A stretch of 64,000 nucleotides of DNA from a virus (Duplodnaviria; Caudoviricetes). This document shows positions 10,542-20,811 of this stretch, one piece after another. The notes beneath the pieces are model-generated. The model did not search any database, had not been told where the DNA came from, and was given only the letters and a program-made list of their open reading frames with translations. Made by a program: the position numbers and the translations under genes. The DNA is taken from positions 30,675-94,674 of the IMG/VR virus record IMGVR_UViG_3300032138_000680. One strand, written 5' to 3'. The number at the start of each line of letters is the position of its first letter. The stretch's first letter is position 1.

Positions 10542-11243
10542 CTAAATCCTTCTCAAAATAGTAAGTCCAGAAGAAGATAACTTTTCAGATTTCTCCTTGT
10601 GGTCAAACAAATTAAATGTTTCCCATTCATCACTAACTTCTTTTACAACTTCACTTGGGCCTGTACATGCATCATGTGGTTCACCTTTATATGTATTGAA
10701 ACTTTCCCAATATTTCTCATCTGTATCATGTATTGATATAATTCCATTTTCATTCATTATAGTAGAGTATAAATCAAAATCAAGTTTACAACCTTCATAA
10801 GTATGATCTGCATCTATGTGTAAATAATCTATTTTAATATCTCGTTTAACAAAAAAATTATAAAATGCTTCTTCGGTAGTAGAATTTATAAATCGTGGAT
10901 TAAATTGTGTTCTCAAAAAACTATCATCATCAGACCAATCTACTTCACCATTTACACTATTGGTTGCATCAACGACATAAACCTCACCATATTTACCTTC
11001 ACCATACATTTGAGTTTCGTTTAACTCATAAACACAATCAACCATCAATCTTGGCACATATCCACCACCACTACCAAGACAAACATTAACTCTTGCCTTT
11101 AAAAAATATGGAATGGCATAGTAAAATATTCCAGCGCCAATATACTCATCGTTTGCACCATGAGTCCATCTATATGATACTGAACCTGAATCTTGATTTC
11201 TTGTTATTGAATCGTATATCCAACCACGATTTAGTATTGACAT
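10542..11243 (-). CDS. Class I SAM-dependent methyltransferase (Methyltransf_24-like)
   Basis: LGSGGG, IDYLHIDADHTYEG..DF, GIISIHD. Confidence 0.85.
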   Translation of the reverse strand: MSILNRGWIYDSITRNQDSGSVSYRWTHGANDEYIGAGIFYYAIPYFLKARVNVCLGSGGGYVPRLMVDCVYELNETQMYGEGKYGEVYVVDATNSVNGEVDWSDDDSFLRTQFNPRFINSTTEEAFYNFFVKRDIKIDYLHIDADHTYEGCKLDFDLYSTIMNENGIISIHDTDEKYWESFNTYKGEPHDACTGPSEVVKEVSDEWETFNLFDHKEKSEKLSSSGLTILRRI

Positions 11244-11301
11244 ATAAAACCTATAATTATCCTTAAATAAATAGTTAAAAAAACTTTCAAATCATATTTT
11301 A

Positions 11302-12795
11302 TTATGATCCTGGATCCGATGATGTTCCTTTATTATGAACTAATACGCCTCCTGCAAAATAAATATCTAATGGTTCTACATCAAAGTTAATAACTTCAAC
11401 GTCTTCTTCTACATATTCAATAGATGATATCGGTATTAAATTTCCCTCAAAATCTAATAATTTATTTCCAACTGAAAGTTGTTTTGGTGTATACCATCTC
11501 CATCTTTCACCATTATAAACCCAAAAATCATGTTCTGCTGTAACTTTTATCATTCCATTATTTATATTCCAATAACCAACCATATAATCATAAAAAATAT
11601 GTTCAACTTTAGCATTTGATACTTCTAAATTGGACATGATATCAGTTGAAGTAAAAGTTTTCCATTCATTATATCCTAAATCTTCATCAGGTAGGTCTGG
11701 TATAACTACTGATAAAACTTCATCACCGACATTTATATCTTCAATATCCTTTTCAGTTCCATCTGACATTTGTATCATAGTTCCTGGTAAGAAACAGGCT
11801 ATTGCTTGACCTGCATAAGTATCTTGTATCTCAACAGTTTTACTTATAGCAGTATTATATCTTGTTGCGTGGTCATTAAAACCTGCGTCATCACCAGTTG
11901 AATCATTATACTTTCCTGATATTGATACACTTGTATCAGTCATATCTGCACCTTCCCATCTTTGGAAAGTTACGGTATCCAATGATGGATATACACTTGT
12001 TGTTCCAGCATTAGGAGCTGTAAATTTTATTTTTAATGTTTGGTTCACATTTGCAGAACCACTTGTAAAAAAATCTTCTCTAAATCCTCTCCAACTACTA
12101 CCCGCATTAGCCATACCAGTCCATCTAACGCCTGATGTTTGAGATTTTGAACCACTAATATAAGCGTTTATGTTACTCGTTCCAGGATTTGATGTATATA
12201 CAGATGCTGAAAGTTGATAAACAGAATTTCCCTTAACTGTAAATGATTGTTCAACATATGCACCGTCTGTTTTAAATTTTACAGCATTACCAGATTGACC
12301 ACTTGTGTTCTTTTCTATCGTACCACTTTCTGTCCAATCATCAAGTGCCGTTGTACCAGTCCAATTGGCAAATCCTCCGTCTGTAACTAAAGTACTTTCC
12401 ATCGAATCTGGTGTAGATGCATCTGCTATTGCACTTCCAGTCAGAAGTGCAGTAACCCCTTGGTATTTAGTTGCTGGTATGTTAAATAATGATGAATTAC
12501 TTGTAGTCCAACTGAAATTTGCTACATTTGATGCTATACGTGATGTAAATAATGAATTTTCATCAGTAAAAGTTACTTCATAAGTTTCATTAGTTTGTTC
12601 ATCCACATATGTATATCCAGTTAAAGTATTATCAACTGCACCTATATAAAAATTACTCAAATTAGTTGCGGCTGTCCCACTATCACGTGCACAGTCATTC
12701 AAACTCGTTGCAGATGTATAATCATTATTATCTACAGGAGTTGCTCTTCCTAATTTTCCTAATGATAGTGCTGTTCCATTTGGTGGTGTTGCCAA
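11302..12795 (-). CDS. Virion/adhesin-like protein: N-terminal anchor, carbohydrate-binding-like domain, C-terminal Hint domain
   Basis: TTG start with GGAG RBS; DGGF..W..W CBM-like region; Hint CFLPGTMI..IEDINVGD..TAEH..FDVE..YFAGGVLVHN-K. Confidence 0.85.
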   Translation of the reverse strand: MATPPNGTALSLGKLGRATPVDNNDYTSATSLNDCARDSGTAATNLSNFYIGAVDNTLTGYTYVDEQTNETYEVTFTDENSLFTSRIASNVANFSWTTSNSSLFNIPATKYQGVTALLTGSAIADASTPDSMESTLVTDGGFANWTGTTALDDWTESGTIEKNTSGQSGNAVKFKTDGAYVEQSFTVKGNSVYQLSASVYTSNPGTSNINAYISGSKSQTSGVRWTGMANAGSSWRGFREDFFTSGSANVNQTLKIKFTAPNAGTTSVYPSLDTVTFQRWEGADMTDTSVSISGKYNDSTGDDAGFNDHATRYNTAISKTVEIQDTYAGQAIACFLPGTMIQMSDGTEKDIEDINVGDEVLSVVIPDLPDEDLGYNEWKTFTSTDIMSNLEVSNAKVEHIFYDYMVGYWNINNGMIKVTAEHDFWVYNGERWRWYTPKQLSVGNKLLDFEGNLIPISSIEYVEEDVEVINFDVEPLDIYFAGGVLVHNKGTSSDPGS

Positions 12796-12810
12796 AAAAG
12801 TTCTCCAAAA

Positions 12811-12849
12811 AAATACGCGTGAAAAAAACGACTTGTCTTAAATACGCGT
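12811..12849. promoter_or_regulatory. Direct repeat AAATACGCGT x2 (palindromic ACGCGT cores); possible operator or terminator/attenuator
   Basis: Copies at 12811-12820 and 12840-12849 in intergenic DNA; T-run follows on minus strand just before the RBS. Confidence 0.4.
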
Positions 12850-12865
12850 CCCGTTGTAATTTACT

Positions 12866-13219
12866 CTATTCTTCTTCCGAATCAACTTCTACTGCAAGTT
12901 CAACTGAACCTGGTGCCCACTCGGCAATTTTAGAATGTAATTTCTCAAAACCATTATTCGATGCACCACTGGATTTAATCCATTCCGGCAAGTCTATTTC
13001 TGATATTGATTCTGCTGCCATATAGTCATCTATAGCTTTTTCTTTTGCTTGATTTTCTGCATTATCATGGTCACAATATCCAAATAAACCCCCTAAGGCT
13101 CCTATAGCATCACCACAAAATGTGATATTCAAACAATCATCACCACAGTGTGGATCTCCTGCAGGTAGGGTTTCTTCTACTATTACTTCTTCTACTACTA
13201 ATTGATCTTCATCGGCCAT
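12866..13219 (-). CDS. Acidic Cys/His-containing hypothetical protein
   Basis: 117 aa, AGGAG RBS, HCGDDC..C..CDH. Confidence 0.75.
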   Translation of the reverse strand: MADEDQLVVEEVIVEETLPAGDPHCGDDCLNITFCGDAIGALGGLFGYCDHDNAENQAKEKAIDDYMAAESISEIDLPEWIKSSGASNNGFEKLHSKIAEWAPGSVELAVEVDSEEE

Positions 13220-13262
13220 TTTATTTCTCCTGATTAAAATTATAATCTACCATCTATAAATA

Positions 13263-14288
13263 TCAATTATTATAAATTTCCAGATATCTATTCACCCATT
13301 CTTCCTTATTATCATATTGTCTACAATAATCCCTCAGTCCATCCAAATAATCTTGTCTTTCTCTCTCTGATAATTCTGATATATTATCTATTTGTTCATC
13401 AAATTGTTGTTTATTTAAAGCTCTGAATGGATATTCGTAGTTTGACAGCCAATCTTGTTGTAATATAGGTAATTTTCCATAATCTAATGATTGGAATATA
13501 GAGTAACCGAATGGTTCATTTAAAAAACACGAATGTGATATTCCCCAGTCCTCTCTATTAAAGAATCTATGTAAATTATTATAATTAAATTGATATACTT
13601 TTGTTTTTTCGAACTTTAAATTAAGATTTTTCTTCCACCACTTAAAGTCATTTACATCCGTAAATGCCATTGAATCTATTCCATCTAAAAAATGTGGTGA
13701 TTTACGAGTTTCACAACGAGAAGCGAATCCCACTCTATTACTCATACACACTTTTTTATTTTGTGTAAACTCGTAATAATTTGGTATATCTATTATATCA
13801 AATTTATTATGTAATGGCATTTTATCCGTACCAATCCAAACTACCTTCTTTGCCCATTGAGTCACTTTCTTTTCCCACTCAGGAACTGCAGAAAAATGTA
13901 AATAATTTTTTAATCCTAAATCAAACCCAGCCTTTAACGATAAATCTAATGATACATGAATACATAAAGATTCTATTTTATCTTTATTATACTCTATTAC
14001 TTTATGTGGTGTATAATATCCGTGTAAGATATGAATCTTTCTTGCATTTTTTATTGTTTCTTCAAATCCACGAGGATCATATCCTTGCCAAACAATATCT
14101 ATTGGACTATCATATTTAATTTTAATATTTTCAGGTCTACGGCGATGAATCAATAATTTAGATGGATGATTCAGTTTAGGGGCTACTTCTCGTAACCAAT
14201 TATTAACCCAAACATCACTTCCACCATATACCATAGAACCACCACCCGTTGAATAATAAACATCATACATTCCTTTAGTCCCTTTCAT
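13263..14288 (-). CDS. GT-B (GT4-like) glycosyltransferase
   Basis: N-terminal GG loop, R..RK, EPFGYSIFQSLDYGKLPI. Confidence 0.8.
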   Translation of the reverse strand: MKGTKGMYDVYYSTGGGSMVYGGSDVWVNNWLREVAPKLNHPSKLLIHRRRPENIKIKYDSPIDIVWQGYDPRGFEETIKNARKIHILHGYYTPHKVIEYNKDKIESLCIHVSLDLSLKAGFDLGLKNYLHFSAVPEWEKKVTQWAKKVVWIGTDKMPLHNKFDIIDIPNYYEFTQNKKVCMSNRVGFASRCETRKSPHFLDGIDSMAFTDVNDFKWWKKNLNLKFEKTKVYQFNYNNLHRFFNREDWGISHSCFLNEPFGYSIFQSLDYGKLPILQQDWLSNYEYPFRALNKQQFDEQIDNISELSERERQDYLDGLRDYCRQYDNKEEWVNRYLEIYNN

Positions 14289-15223
14289 GATAATTCTTTT
14301 ACTTTATCTATTATATACTCTAATTCTAAAAATGAAAGGGTTTCGTTCATTGGTAAGCTTACGGTTCTCTTTTGTATTTTTTCAGATTTTGGACAATCAA
14401 AATGTATATTTTCATATCCACAATTATTATTTGTATAAATTGGATTAGAATGAAGAGCTGAATAATGTATACCACATAATATTCCAACATTTTTCATATT
14501 TCTAATAAACTTTTCATTATTTACAACCTCTATTCTATATAAATGTTGACTGGTATTATTATACCCAAATTCTTCATTATAAGTATTTACTAATTTTTTA
14601 AGTACTCTCATCTTTTTATTAAAGAATTTAAAATTATTTAAAAGTATTTTAGCTTGAATAGAATTCATATACATTTTATAACCAGGAAAAGATATATCTC
14701 TGCCCCAACTGTCATCAGAATATGTAGTTCCATTCAAAACAGCTTCCTTAAACCATTTATACTTTTCATAATCATCTGTTACAATCATTCCACCATCAGA
14801 ACCACCCAATGGTTTAGTTGGATAAAAACTAAATATCATTAAATCTTGTGGGTTACATTCTTTTTTAAATTGGTTCTTCTTTAATTTCTGTGCAGAATCT
14901 ATAATTTTATAATCACTAAATTCATGTAAAACATAAGAATTCCCTACCCAATTAACATCATCTATGAATTCTATATCATTACCACTTGTCAATATTGCAT
15001 TCGCCACGACAGGTGGTATTATACTTGGAAGATTAACTGTAACATCCTTATTAAGTAATGACAAATATATGGCGTTCGTAGCACTATTAACAGAACATGC
15101 ATATTTAGCCCCAACGTATTCGGCAATATTTTTCTCAAACTCAATGACAACTTCATCATGTAACAAATGAGAAAATTCAGATGTATCTATTATATGAGTA
15201 TTTATATTAAATAATTGTATCAT
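14285..15223 (-). CDS. DegT/DnrJ/EryC1/StrS PLP-dependent sugar aminotransferase
   Basis: VNSATNA, IDSAQ, FSFYPTKPLGGSDGGM, GYKMYM, GIHY, SLP. Confidence 0.9.
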   Translation of the reverse strand: MIQLFNINTHIIDTSEFSHLLHDEVVIEFEKNIAEYVGAKYACSVNSATNAIYLSLLNKDVTVNLPSIIPPVVANAILTSGNDIEFIDDVNWVGNSYVLHEFSDYKIIDSAQKLKKNQFKKECNPQDLMIFSFYPTKPLGGSDGGMIVTDDYEKYKWFKEAVLNGTTYSDDSWGRDISFPGYKMYMNSIQAKILLNNFKFFNKKMRVLKKLVNTYNEEFGYNNTSQHLYRIEVVNNEKFIRNMKNVGILCGIHYSALHSNPIYTNNNCGYENIHFDCPKSEKIQKRTVSLPMNETLSFLELEYIIDKVKELS

Positions 15224-15885
15224 TAAAATCTCAGATCATTATTAAACTCAGACTTGATTTGTTTTCCTTTATCACCTTTAGACCAATACATTACACCTAA
15301 AGTTTTTCTATCTAATCCTTCTGTTATTGTATTTACACCGTGCCAAGACTCCCAATCTGTTGTTGTCCCAGTTGAAGTTTTAAATGCCCATAAACTATTA
15401 AATTTGTATGGTATTCTGGCATGACTATCTTTTCCATCGTGTAAAATCAAATCAAAAGATTCATCATATTCTTCTGATAAACCAAGTATCACACTATACT
15501 CTCTCTTCCAATCTTTATGTATTCCGTGATGAGTTGCATCAATATGCATTCCTAAATAGCCACCTTCACCATTTTTGTTAGGTGTAATCATCATCCCACC
15601 ACCATAGTAAGATAAATCTGGAAATGCATTATCGGTTAAACCAAACACCTCATTAGGATTAAAATGAGTAACTATATAATCCATAACAATTAATGCTGGT
15701 GCTGAAATATTCTCGTGACCTACTTTATTACACCACTGAACTTGGTTTGAATCTTCCCCTCCATATTTTACCCAATCATTTATATCATCATAACTTTCAG
15801 CGGCTGCCCTTAATAAAGATGTATTAGGAAAAAAATTATCTATATAAATTGCTGGATATGGAACGTTTATTCTATTTACTTTCAT
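15223..15885 (-). CDS. 2OG-Fe(II) oxygenase
   Basis: YYGGGM, HID, SWHGV, RKTL facial-triad and 2OG-binding residues. Confidence 0.85.
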   Translation of the reverse strand: MKVNRINVPYPAIYIDNFFPNTSLLRAAAESYDDINDWVKYGGEDSNQVQWCNKVGHENISAPALIVMDYIVTHFNPNEVFGLTDNAFPDLSYYGGGMMITPNKNGEGGYLGMHIDATHHGIHKDWKREYSVILGLSEEYDESFDLILHDGKDSHARIPYKFNSLWAFKTSTGTTTDWESWHGVNTITEGLDRKTLGVMYWSKGDKGKQIKSEFNNDLRF

Positions 15886-16291
15886 TTTTTAATATCCTAA
15901 ATTTTTCATAATCTGATATATAATCAGATGGATCATACAATGTATTTGCAAATACCAATAAAATAGAATCTACTGTTAAATATGTTTGCTCATCCCAAAT
16001 CAAATTTGGTATATAAAGTCCCTCATTTGGTTTATCTAATATCCACTCTTTTTTATCTGTTCCATCATCACATAAAACCTTTACCTGTCCATTTAAACAT
16101 ATTAAAACTTGTTCAGTAGTATGATGGCCATGTTCTCCTCTGTCCTCTTGATCATGAACTCCATAAATATAAAAAACCCGTTCTATTTTAAATGGCACAT
16201 CTATTGCAGACTCAACTGAAACTAACGATCCCTCCGAATCTATATATGGAGCCAAATCAAATACTTTTACATCATTTATTGTCGTCACCAA
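15872..16291 (-). CDS. FdtA/QdtA (WxcM-like) cupin, NDP-sugar 3,4-ketoisomerase
   Basis: PFKIERVFYIY, RGEHGH, QVLICLNG, GLYIP..IW, LLVFA..YD..DYI. Confidence 0.88.
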   Translation of the reverse strand: MVTTINDVKVFDLAPYIDSEGSLVSVESAIDVPFKIERVFYIYGVHDQEDRGEHGHHTTEQVLICLNGQVKVLCDDGTDKKEWILDKPNEGLYIPNLIWDEQTYLTVDSILLVFANTLYDPSDYISDYEKFRILKNESK

Positions 16292-16320
16292 ATGGTCCCA
16301 ATACTTTTAAAGGATTTTTT

Positions 16321-17412
16321 CTAATTTTCATTTTCTATTCCATCATATTTTAAATCAACCAACATTTGATAATGTTCTTCTTTTGTTTTTATTAATAATC
16401 CACACCATTCCATTATTTCATTAAAATAATCAACATCCTTATTCATTTTATCAAAATCATATTTTCTATTATTACATTTTAAATCATTTCCTATTTCAGT
16501 AAATAATTTGTAATTATGCTGTTCCATTTTTTCGAATCTTTCACCCTCAATACTTCTATTTTTCAGTTTTTCTGATTTCTTTTTATCCACAATTAATACC
16601 TTAGAATTTGGAAACATTGATATAAAATATTTTATCCATATCATATTAAAAGGTTTTTTAAATCCCCATTTTAAATCTAATTTATTATCTCCCCAAAATA
16701 AAGGTAACAGATTTAAAAATTGTTTTTTAAATAATTCTAATTTCTCCGAATCTATTTTTCCATCCTTGCCAGACATTAACCATTTCTGGGCACTATCAGA
16801 ATCGAGTAAATTATATAAATCCATTAAATCATCATAAGATTTATCTCCAATAAGTTGTCTTACAAAATAATATTGTAACATTGATATAGATGTAGATTCA
16901 AAAGTTTTTCTATCCTCGAATCTACAAGTATCGTCCCCAATAAAAAGACCACAATATTGTAACATTTTTGCCGTATAGGAAGTTCCACCACCAGGAGATC
17001 CACAAATTAATACTGGAGAATCAGTTATACTTTTATAAATTGTTTCGCCATTAAATTTAAACTTATCTTCTGAAAATCTATTTTGTAATTCAGAAATATG
17101 TGGTGTCTTATAAGTTATTTTTTTTATTAATTTATCATTTTTTAATATGTAAATATCCACATCACTAAACTTATCTTCATCTTCTAATTCTGGTCTATCT
17201 AAGTTTGCACGGGTCCAACAATTTGATGATATAGAATCAGAAAAATGAAAATATCTTCTCAATTTATTAACAAATGATATTCTATAAAGTGCATCTTCTT
17301 GATTTAAAATCTGAACTTTAATATAAAGTCTTTCTGAATCTTCTTCCCAAGAATCTATTATTGTTAGACTCTCATATTCACCTAATTTATATTCTTTTTC
17401 TGAAATTATCAT
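16321..17412 (-). CDS. Sulfotransferase-like P-loop protein with N-terminal extension
   Basis: PVLICGSPGGGTS (5'-PSB-like), WGFKKP, FPNSK. Confidence 0.6.
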   Translation of the reverse strand: MIISEKEYKLGEYESLTIIDSWEEDSERLYIKVQILNQEDALYRISFVNKLRRYFHFSDSISSNCWTRANLDRPELEDEDKFSDVDIYILKNDKLIKKITYKTPHISELQNRFSEDKFKFNGETIYKSITDSPVLICGSPGGGTSYTAKMLQYCGLFIGDDTCRFEDRKTFESTSISMLQYYFVRQLIGDKSYDDLMDLYNLLDSDSAQKWLMSGKDGKIDSEKLELFKKQFLNLLPLFWGDNKLDLKWGFKKPFNMIWIKYFISMFPNSKVLIVDKKKSEKLKNRSIEGERFEKMEQHNYKLFTEIGNDLKCNNRKYDFDKMNKDVDYFNEIMEWCGLLIKTKEEHYQMLVDLKYDGIENEN

Positions 17413-18617
17413 ACTATTATTTGTCGTCCTTTCGCACCTTCTGCTGCAACTTCTTCATTTTCGGGAAAATCATAAAGTCCTTCTGTTCGCATATACTCAA
17501 CATCATCTAAAGTATATTTTCTTTCTAAAAACATATCCCAGGATCTACTATATTCATTGTACAATTCTACCTTAACTCTATACTCATTTCCACTCTCTAT
17601 TATGGGAAGTTTTTGATACCACGAACCACTTTCTATATTTAAATTTATCTCATTTAATAATATAACTCTATTATTTTTAATATAAGATATCTTAAAATTA
17701 TTATCTTTATTTCTAAAAACATCATTTTCATTTAAATAATCTCGACTTCTCTCTGGCCAATAGTTAATAAGAATCACTAATGGATTTAACTTAGCTGTTT
17801 TATCTTCAGGCAATAATACTCCTCCTAATAAATGATAATTTTTAATATCTGGATTTACATATTTAGAAGTTGATAACATCCTTCCGTGATTTTGATTTAT
17901 AACAGAATTAGGAAACATTTTTTGATATATATGTCTTACATCCTCCCCATTAACCACCTCTAATAAATATTGATCCTTAACGGGAAGTAAACAATTATAT
18001 ATGTGAGATTCTATACCATACTTGCCCCAATTAGTTTTATGAGAATCTATATAAGTCAAATAAAAATCTACTTCAGAAAAGAAAAAATTTCCATCTATGG
18101 CAACTATCTTATCTCCTGTATAAATATATGGTGCAAACCAGGCACGTTTATCATTTTTTAAAGTTTTCTCATAAACATCATAAAAACTATGTAAATCTTC
18201 TGGGTCAATTATCGTATCACTCTCAGTATAAAAAACATATTTTTTATTAAGTGCTTTAGCCAAAGAAAACCCATTTAATTGAAGAGTTAAAACTGCAGAA
18301 TGATGTGAATAATATCTTTCTGAATATTTAAATAATGCCTGTATTGGATAATAATTCCAATAAAAATCTTCATTCTTTATTTCAGGAGTAGATTCATTAT
18401 ATTTATCATACACATAATAACTAACCAAACTTTGAATTGTAGATGATACTGGATAATGAGATACTAAACATATATCAACATCCAATAAACTTAAACTACT
18501 TATACAATTAATAAGTAATTTATGTTCTTCTATACTCTTAGTCCATGTCCCTATTACTATAATACATTCTTCTTTAAATTTAATATTCACGTCCTTAATC
18601 CTGTTTTCTTTTCCCAA
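17409..18617 (-). CDS. Hypothetical protein, possible GT-A glycosyltransferase
   Basis: LVSHYP, YYVYD, YTESDT; possible true start GTG 18590 (GTGA overlap). Confidence 0.55.
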   Translation of the reverse strand: MGKENRIKDVNIKFKEECIIVIGTWTKSIEEHKLLINCISSLSLLDVDICLVSHYPVSSTIQSLVSYYVYDKYNESTPEIKNEDFYWNYYPIQALFKYSERYYSHHSAVLTLQLNGFSLAKALNKKYVFYTESDTIIDPEDLHSFYDVYEKTLKNDKRAWFAPYIYTGDKIVAIDGNFFFSEVDFYLTYIDSHKTNWGKYGIESHIYNCLLPVKDQYLLEVVNGEDVRHIYQKMFPNSVINQNHGRMLSTSKYVNPDIKNYHLLGGVLLPEDKTAKLNPLVILINYWPERSRDYLNENDVFRNKDNNFKISYIKNNRVILLNEINLNIESGSWYQKLPIIESGNEYRVKVELYNEYSRSWDMFLERKYTLDDVEYMRTEGLYDFPENEEVAAEGAKGRQIIV

Positions 18618-19537
18618 AATTCTATAAAATTATCAACACTTTTATCATCTTCCTTTTCCATTTCTTTTAAATGATCTGGTACAAGATCAATTGTATTATT
18701 TGCCCATTCTATGTCCCTAAATCCATAAGCACAACCATACTTTCTATGTGGATGTTTTAATCTATATTCTTCTGGAGTCATATTTTTCCACTCAATATGT
18801 TCATCCGCATTATACAAAATAGTTTTACATCCACACAAACCAGGTAAATAAGTCATTGCCGTATGTTTATCAAAGGTTATTAAATATTCGTATTCATTCA
18901 ACTTTTCTCGTAAATATGAAATTCCACCTCGTTCTATCCAATCTGATATATCTTCTGAATTAAATGGTTTTAATATAGATTCATAATCTTCTGGAGTATT
19001 CTTATGTAATATATGACAAAATCCCTTTCTCCTACCATTATTTGTTTTATAAAGATTTTCAAAATTATAATGTACAGCCTTTAAATGTTGAGTAGATCTA
19101 TCTGTTTTCCATGTACTAAAATTAAAATATGCATCATTTGGATTATCTCTCCATGTAGAATAATTGTTATCATCGGACAAAAACCATCTTGTAATATACT
19201 TTGTATTAAATGGTTGAGCTGGTTGTATCTCTGGATATACTGCTATCGTTTCCTTTTTTGGATATTGTAATATCTCAGGTAAATTCCAATCTGCTCCACC
19301 ATGTTCTGGATTATTAGCATCTACCTTAAAAGACTCCAATACTGATATATTTTTATGTGGAAACAGTGGTGGTGTAAAAATTACAACTCTTTGGCCTCGT
19401 TCTGCTAACTTATATGCAAGTTTATGTATAACCAAATCTCCCCCACGCCAAGATTCTTTTCCTTTTGAAAGGTCTAATGGTGGTGTAACGTGAACTTCTA
19501 CCAAAAAAGTAAGTCTATCTTCACTTTTTAATATCAT
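18587..19537 (-). CDS. WavQ-like (GT-B related) polysaccharide-locus protein
   Basis: GG..IHKLAYKL, VYPE, RKGFC, ITFDKHT..LCGC; paralog of 20812..21813. Confidence 0.6.
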   Translation of the reverse strand: MILKSEDRLTFLVEVHVTPPLDLSKGKESWRGGDLVIHKLAYKLAERGQRVVIFTPPLFPHKNISVLESFKVDANNPEHGGADWNLPEILQYPKKETIAVYPEIQPAQPFNTKYITRWFLSDDNNYSTWRDNPNDAYFNFSTWKTDRSTQHLKAVHYNFENLYKTNNGRRKGFCHILHKNTPEDYESILKPFNSEDISDWIERGGISYLREKLNEYEYLITFDKHTAMTYLPGLCGCKTILYNADEHIEWKNMTPEEYRLKHPHRKYGCAYGFRDIEWANNTIDLVPDHLKEMEKEDDKSVDNFIEFWEKKTGLRT

Positions 19538-19550
19538 AAATTATATCTCA

Positions 19551-20432
19551 TCAACTTTTATTTCCCTTTATTGCCAAGGCTGATACTTTACTATATTCTA
19601 CAACATAACCTTTATTAGATAAAAAATTTTTCAAATTTTTCTTTTCTATGTCGGGAATTGGAATAGTAGATGCCCACTCAAATATAATTAATTTTGGTAA
19701 TTTATATAGCTTATCATCCATAGACATTAATAATTTAGCATCAAGTCCTTCAACATCCAAATGTAACCAATCTATTTCACCATTCATTTCATCAACAATA
19801 AAATTATTTAAAGAAATTGATGGTGAAATTCTACTATGTATTTCTTCTATCTCTTGACCTCTAATAATATCTTCAACAACAGAATTAGTATATCCCTGAC
19901 CACCTTCAAAAAATTCAGTATCTTTACCATCAGCAGTGATTAATTTTTCATATAACTTTACATTTGAAAAATTATTATAATTTTTACATAACTCATTAAA
20001 TTGTTTATTGGAGGCTTCAATTAAAAAAGTGTTAGATATTTTTTCCCTTACAACTGGCACCCATTCTCCAAATGTACCATTATGAGTTCCTACTACCAAC
20101 CCTCTCGGTACACGTCCATTTTCAAATAAATTTTTACAATATAAATATAATGATTTATAAAGATATGAACCGTCAATAAATACATTCCATTTTCTATGTA
20201 ATAAAATATGACCCTTATCACTTTTTATTATAACATCATTCATTTCACTAATTGAAAATGATCCCCAAGTAAAATCATTTAACTCACAAGTAAATATTTC
20301 TTCACCTGTAACCGAAGAAACAATCAACATAGTTATTGGGCAATTAATAGTTTCTGAAATTTTTTTAACATCTACTTTAATTTCTTTATTTTGTCCTTTA
20401 AAATTTGGCTGGTTATATTCTATATTAATCAT
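19551..20432 (-). CDS. FkbM-family methyltransferase
   Basis: VGTHNG, LIEAS, ISLNNF, WLHLDVEGLD, IIFE. Confidence 0.78.
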   Translation of the reverse strand: MINIEYNQPNFKGQNKEIKVDVKKISETINCPITMLIVSSVTGEEIFTCELNDFTWGSFSISEMNDVIIKSDKGHILLHRKWNVFIDGSYLYKSLYLYCKNLFENGRVPRGLVVGTHNGTFGEWVPVVREKISNTFLIEASNKQFNELCKNYNNFSNVKLYEKLITADGKDTEFFEGGQGYTNSVVEDIIRGQEIEEIHSRISPSISLNNFIVDEMNGEIDWLHLDVEGLDAKLLMSMDDKLYKLPKLIIFEWASTIPIPDIEKKNLKNFLSNKGYVVEYSKVSALAIKGNKS

Positions 20433-20810
20433 TTACTTATAATCCTCATAAGATTTTTCTTCGATTAATTTAGATCCAGTATTAATATTAATTTCTTTTT
20501 TAATTGTAGACCTTAAATCGTTTGTATAATAAACTTGTCGTGCCAATTCAATAAATTCACCATTAAATTTTTTCTGTGATTCTAACTTTCTTAATCTATC
20601 TTCGATGTCCCACAACTTTAAATTCATCTTTTTTAATTTTTTAAAAAGTACATCTTTTATATTAATACCAATCTTATCAAGATTTGGTAGCAATAAATTT
20701 AATTCCTTTTCTATATTATTTATCTTTTTTTCATCTTTAATTTTTTCTAATTTTATAATAAGAATAGAAACTTTATCTACTAACTCTCCATCTGATATCT
20801 CAATTTTCAT
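20433..20810 (-). CDS. DUF6165-like helical protein
   Basis: IEISDGELVDKVSIL.IK..LWDIED..R..FIELARQVYYTND.R..IK.EIN. Confidence 0.75.
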   Translation of the reverse strand: MKIEISDGELVDKVSILIIKLEKIKDEKKINNIEKELNLLLPNLDKIGINIKDVLFKKLKKMNLKLWDIEDRLRKLESQKKFNGEFIELARQVYYTNDLRSTIKKEININTGSKLIEEKSYEDYK

Positions 20811-20811
20811 C

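Noticed and set aside
11332-11796. Mobile intein
   Set aside because: +1 residue is Lys, no homing endonuclease, only a 9-aa C-terminal flank, host is not a conserved enzyme
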